Part shown: positions 53,154 through 64,000 of the stretch, in pieces | Numbering within the stretch: the stretch's first letter is position 1 | Layout of the letters: each line of letters starts with the position of its first letter | Assembly (NCBI RefSeq): GCF_009914755.1 | Contig: NC_060926.1 | DNA: 64,000 nucleotides | Direction: 5' to 3' (one strand) | From: the human T2T-CHM13v2.0 reference genome, Homo sapiens | Program-made: the position numbers and the translations under genes | Notes under the pieces: model-generated | The model's input: the letters and a program-made list of their open reading frames with translations, nothing else | What the model was told of the DNA's origin: nothing | Database searches by the model: none

Positions 53154-55933
53154 TAGCTAATTTTGTATTTTTAATTAGAGATGGGGTTTCTCCATGTTGG
53201 TCAGGCTGGCCTTGAACTCCCGACCTCAGGTGATCCACCCACCTAGGCCCCCCAAAGTGCTGGGATTACAGGCATGAGCCACCGTGCCCAGCCTTAGAAC
53301 ACAAAATTTTAACAGCTATCTGTACACAGAAAAGCACAATCACAAGAACCAAATATCAGGTGAGCAATCATGGAAAGAGGCATCGAGGAAGGCAGGAGAG
53401 TTATTCTCGACTCGCTGACACCACCCCACCCCACCCCTAGCAGCAGCTGTGCAGAGGCAGAGTGAGAGAGAGAATCTGTGCACATTGGGGAGGGAGAGCA
53501 CAGCAACTGGAGGACTTTACATTGAACTCAGTGCCCTCCTGTCATGGTGGAAAATAAAGCCTTGCCAGGCTCAGCCAGTGCCTGTGCACAGAGGGAGCAT
53601 GTGGACCAGCCATAGCCAGAGAGGAGTCATCCATCCCAGCAGTTAGAGCTTGCGTTTGTCAGCAAGCCTTGCCACCATGTGCTGGCTTGAAAGGCAGACT
53701 AGGACACAAGGACTACAATCCCTAGGCAACTCCTAGTGCTAGGCTGGGCTTAGAGCCAGTGAACTAGGGTGGCATGTGGCCTAGAGAGACACCAGCTGAC
53801 ATGGCTAAGGGAGGACCTGCACCATCCCTCCCCCAACCCTAGGCAGTGCAGCTTATAGCAATAAAAGTGACCCTTTCCTTCTGCTTAAAGAAAGGGGAGC
53901 AAAAAGTAAAGAGGACTTTGTCTTGCATCCTGAATACCAGCTCAGCCACAGTAGGATAGGGCACCAGGCACAATTGTGAGGACCCCTTTCCAGGTCCTAG
54001 CTCCCAGATAACATTTGTAGACACACCCTGGGCCAAAAGGAAACCTACTTCCTTGAAGGGAAGAACCTATTCCTGGCAGGATTCATCACTTGCTGAATAA
54101 AGAGCCCTTGGGCCCTGAATAACCATTAGTGATACAGGGAAGTACACTGTGCATCTTGGGCTCTGAGTTGCACTAGCTTCAGGGGAGAGCCAGCATTTTC
54201 CAAGCTGTGGTGGCTATGGTGAAAGACTCCTTCAGTTTGAGAAAAACAGAGGGAAAAGTAAAGGGGAGTTTGTCTTGCACCCTAGGTACCAGCTTGGCCA
54301 TACTGGAGTAGAGCAACAAGCAGGCTCTTGGGATCCCTAAGTCCAGGCCTAAGTTCTTGTACAGCATTGCTAGAGTGGGCCTGGGACAGAGGGGAGCACA
54401 CCGACCTGATGGGTGAGTCCCAGGTCTGGCAGCATGCATCGTGTGCTGATGGAAGAGCCTTGGGCTTTAAGCAAACATTGATGATTTGCTTAACCAGTGG
54501 TGGTGGTGGCTACAGGGAGGGGCTTCTCTGCCTATGAAATGAGGAGACTAAAGTGGGAAGGACTTTGTATTGTGGCTTGAATGCCAGCTTAACCTCAGTA
54601 GAATAGAACATCAGGTAAATTGCTAAGATTTTTTACTCCAATCCCTGGCTCCCAGATAGCATCTCTGGACATGCCCAGGGTTTGGGGGAACTTGCCACCC
54701 TGAAGGGAAGGGTCTTAGGCAAGGTCCAGTGCTGCAATGGCTTCATGTCTGACCCGGTGCAGTCTCAGTAGTGGTGATCACAGGAGTGCTTGCATCACCA
54801 CACCTTCAGTTCTAGGTGGCTCAGCACAGAGAGACTCTGCATGTTTGGGACAAAAAAAAGGAAAAAGAATGAGTCTCTGCCTGATAATCCAGATAATTCT
54901 GGATCTCATCCAAGACCACCAACGCAATACTTCTATTCTACTAGTCTACAAAAACAACAGCATCATAGGGCTGGAGGCCCAAGGCCCTTCAAATAGCTAG
55001 AAAGCCTTCCCAAGAAGGATAGGCACAAACAAGCCCAGACTGTGAAGACTACAATAAATACCCAACTCTTCAATGCCCAGACAGCAAAGAACATCTACAA
55101 GCCTCAACACCATCCAGAAACATGACCCTACTAAATGAACTACATAAGGCACCAGGGACCAATCTGGAGAAATAGAGATATATGACCTTTGAGATAGAGA
55201 ATTCAAAACAGCCATTTTGAGAAAACTAAAACAAATTCAAGATAACAAAGAGAAAGAATTCAGAATTCTATGATATAAATTTAACAAAGAGATTCAAATA
55301 ATTTAAAATAAGCATAAACTCTAGAGTAGAAAAATATAATTGGCATTCTAAAGGATGCATCAGAGTTTCTTAAAAGCAGAATTGATGAATCAGAAGATAG
55401 AATTAGTGAGCTTGAAGACAGGAAGACAGGCTATTTGAAAATACACAGTCAGAGGAGACACAAGAAAAAAGTAAAAAAACACAATGAAGCACATCTATAA
55501 GATCTAGAAAAGAGCCTCAAAAGGACAAATCTAAGAGTTGTTGGCCTTAAAGAGGAGGCAGAGATAAAGATAAGGTTAGTTTATTCAAAAGGATAATATC
55601 AGAGAACTTCCCAAACCTAGAGAAATATCTCAATATTCAAGTACAATAAGGTTATAGAACACCAAGCTGATGTAACCCAAAGAAGACTACCTCAAGACAT
55701 TTAATAATCAAACTCCCAAAGGTCAAAGATAAAGAATCCTAAAAACAGCAAGAGAAGGCCGGGTGCAGTGGCTCATGCCTGTAATCCCAGCACTTTGGCA
55801 GGCAAAGGCGGGTGGATCACGAGGTCAGGAGATCGAGATCATCCTGGCTAACACGGTGAAACCCTGTCTCTACTAAAAATACAAAAAATTAGCCAGGCAT
55901 GGTGGTGGGTAGCTGTAGTCCCAGCTACTCGGG

Positions 55934-57202
<1,269 letters not shown>

Positions 57203-59545
57203 CTAATATGTCTGACCGCAGACTTTTCTGTGGAAAACTTAAAGGCCAGGAGAGAGTGGCATAACATATTTAAAGTGCTGAAGGAAAAATCCTTTCCTCT
57301 AGAAGAGTATATCTTGCAAAAATATCCTTTAGACATGAAAAAGAAATAAAGGCCTCCCCAGAACAAACAAAAGCTGAAGGATTTCATCAACACCAGACCT
57401 GTCCTACAAGAAATGCTAAAGGGAGTTCTTCAGTCTGAAAGAAAAGGATGTCACTGAGCAAGAAGAAGACATGTGAAGGTGCAAAACTTACTGGTAATAG
57501 TAAGCATATGGAAAAACACAGAGGAGTATAACACTGTAATTCTAGTGTGTAAATTTCTCTTGACTTAAGTAGAAAGACTAAATAATGAACAAATCAAAAA
57601 TAATAACTACAACATTTCAAGACATGGACAATACAATAAGACATAAGAGAAACAACAAAAAGTTAAAAAGTAGGAGGATGAAGTTATAGTGTAGCATTTT
57701 TATTCATTTTCTTTGCATGTGTTTGTTAGTTGGTTTATACAATCAGTGTCAAGTTGTCACCAGTTAAAAATAATGGATTGGCCAGACACAGTGGCTCATG
57801 CCCATAATCACAGCACTTTGGAAGGCTGAGGTGGGCAGACTTCTTGAGCCTAGGGTTCAAAACTAGCCTGAGCAACATGGCAAAACACCATTTCTAAAAA
57901 AAAGAAAAAAAATACAAAAATTACCCAGGCATGGTGGCATGCACCTGTAGTCCCAGCTACTTGGGAGGCTGAGGTGGGAGAATCAACTGAGCCCAGGAAG
58001 TCAAGGTTTCACTGAGCTATGAACAAGCCACTGCACTATAGCCTGGGTGACAGAGTGAGACCTTGTCTCCAAGAAATTAATTAATTAATTAATTAATCAG
58101 TTATAAGATAGTATTTGCAAGCCTCATAGTAACTCAAATCGAAAAACATGCAGCAGCTGCACAAAAAATAAAAAGCAAGAAATTAAAGCATACCACCAGA
58201 GAAAATCACCTTCACAAAACAGAAGACTGGAAGAAAGGAAAAAAGGAAGAGAAGACCACAAAACGACCAGAAAACAATAACAAAATGGAGGAGTAAGTCC
58301 CTACTTATCAAAAATATCATTGAATGTAAATGGACTAAGCTCACCAATCAAAAGACTCAAAGAATGGTTGAATGGATGAAAAAACAAGACCCAATGATCT
58401 GTTGCCTATAAGAAACACACTTGACCTACAAAGATACACATAGACTGATGGTATGGTAAAATCATAAGGTGATAGTAAAATAAAGGGATGATAAAAGATA
58501 TTTCATGCCAATGGGAACCAAAAAAGAGCAGGAGTAGCTATAGGTATTTCAGACAAAATAGATTTCAAGATAAAACTGAAAGAAGAGAACAAGAAGATCA
58601 TTATATAAATGATACAGGGGTCAAATCAAGAAGATATAATAATTGTAAATATAGATGCACCCAACACTGGAGCACCCAGGTATATAAAGCAAATATTATT
58701 GTAGCTAAAGAGAGAGATAGACCCCCAATACAATAATAGCTGGCGACTTCAACACCCCCCTTTCAGCATTGGACAGATCTCCCAGACAGAAAATCAACAA
58801 AGAAACATCAAACTTAATCTGCCCTATAGAAAAATGGACCTAATAGATATTTGCAGAACATTTCACCCAATGGCTGCAGAATACACATTTTTCTCCTCAG
58901 CACATGGATCATTCTCAAGGATAGATCATATTTTAGGTCACAAAATGAGCCTTAAAACATTCAAAAAAGTGAAATAATATCAAGCATCTTCTCTGACCAC
59001 AATGAAAGGAAACAATAACAAGAAGAATTTTGCAAAACTATACAAGCATATGGAAATTTAAAAATACACTCCTGAAGGACTAGTGGATCAGTGAAGAAAC
59101 CAAGAAAGAAACTGAAAAATTTTTTTTTGAAACAAATGATAATGAAAACACAACATACCAAAACCTACAGTGAAAGCAGTTATAAGAGGGAAATTTATAG
59201 CTGTAAGTGCCTACTTCAAAAAATACGAACAACTTCACATAAATAACCTAATGATACATCTTAAAGAATTAGAAAAGCAAGAGAAAACTGATCCCAAAAT
59301 TAGTAGAAGAAAGGAAATAATAAAGATCAGAGCAGAAATAAATGAATTTGAAATGAAGAAAACAATACAAGGCCGGGCACAGTGGCTCATGCCTGTAATC
59401 CTAGCACTTTGAGAGGTTGAGGCAGGTGGATCACCTGAGGTTGGGAGTTCAAGACCAGCTTGACCAACATAGAGAAACCCCATCTCTACTAAAAATACAA
59501 AATTAGCTGGGCGTGGTGGCACATGCCTGTAATCCCAGCTACTCA

Positions 59546-59650
<105 letters not shown>

Positions 59651-60248
59651 TCAAAAACAAACAAACAAAGAAACAAACAAACAAACCAAAAGGAAACAAT
59701 ACAAAAAATCAATAAAACAAAGAGTTGTTTTTTGCAAAGATAAATACAATTGACAAACATTTAGGCAGACTAAGAAAAAAAGAGAAAACACGCATAAATA
59801 AAATCAGAGATGAAAAATAAGCCATTATAACTCTGAAATTCAAAGGATCATTAGTGGCTACTATAAGCAACTATGTGCCAATATATTGGAAAATCTAGAA
59901 GAAACAGATAAATTCCTAGACACATACAACTTACTGATATTGAACCATGAAGAAACCCAAAACCTGAACAGATCAATAACAAGTAACAAGAGCAAAGCCA
60001 TAATAATAAGTCTCCCAGTAAAGAAAAGCCTGGGACTTAATGACTTAACTGCTGAATTCTACCAAAAATTTAAAGAAGAATTAATACTAATCCTACTCAA
60101 CTATTCCAAAAAATAGAGGAAGAGGGAATACTTCCAAACTCATTCTTTGAGGCCAATATTACCCTGATAAAAAAACTAGACATAGACACATCAAAAAAAG
60201 GCAACTACAGGCCAATATCTCTTATGGATATTGGTACAAAAATCCTCA

Positions 60249-60840
<592 letters not shown>

Positions 60841-61368
60841 TCAGGAGGCTGAGGCTGGAGAGTTGCTTAAACCTGGGAGGCAGAAGTTTCAGTGAGCTGA
60901 GATCACGCCACTGCACTCCAGCCCGGGCGACAGAGCGAGACTCTGTCTCAAAAAATAAAATAAAATAAAATAAGATTCTATCATTTGATGTTCATGGAAC
61001 TGGAAGTCATTATGTTAAGTGAAATAAGCCAGGCAGAGAAAGACAAACATTGCATGTTCTCACTTAACTGTGGGATCTAAAAATCAAAACAATTGAACTC
61101 ATGAAGATAGAGAATACAAGGATTGTTCCCAGAACCTAGGAAGGGAAGTGGGTGGGCAGAGGGGAGGTAGGCATGGTTAGTGGATACTAAAAAAATGTTA
61201 GAAAGAATGAATAAGACCTACTATCTGATGGCACAGCAGGGGAACTGTAGTCAATTATAACTAAACTGTACATGTTAACATAACTAAAAAAGATATAACT
61301 GGATTGTTTGTAACACAAAGGATAAATGCTTGAGGGGATAGATGCCTACAGCAAAATGTCTCATGTAA

Positions 61369-61701
<333 letters not shown>

Positions 61702-61714
61702 ATTTTTTTTTTTA

Positions 61715-64000
<2,286 letters not shown>

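Overview
Primate genomic DNA, most likely human 2q12.2, and very repeat-rich. The only functional protein-coding feature I can support is the first coding exon of UXS1 (UDP-glucuronate decarboxylase 1). It lies on the minus strand (15195-15102) in a CpG-island promoter, and positions 1-15101 are UXS1 intron 1. On the + strand, pointing away from UXS1, is a decayed intron-containing KRAB zinc-finger gene of the ZNF596/ZNF705 type (~26093-39720). It has a start exon, a KRAB-B exon, a linker exon and a long C2H2 exon, but no recognisable KRAB-A exon. The zinc-finger exon has been split by an LTR9-like solo LTR, an L1-retrotransposed HERV-W processed pseudogene (R-U5-gag-pol-env remnant-U3-R-polyA, with TSD), a MER21 LTR and an L1MA. 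The rest is nested Alu, L1, MaLR, ERVK LTR, MIR, L2 and DNA-transposon debris. This includes two ERVK solo LTRs, each inserted inside an Alu inside an L1. Repeat subfamily names and protein comparisons are from memory, not database searches.
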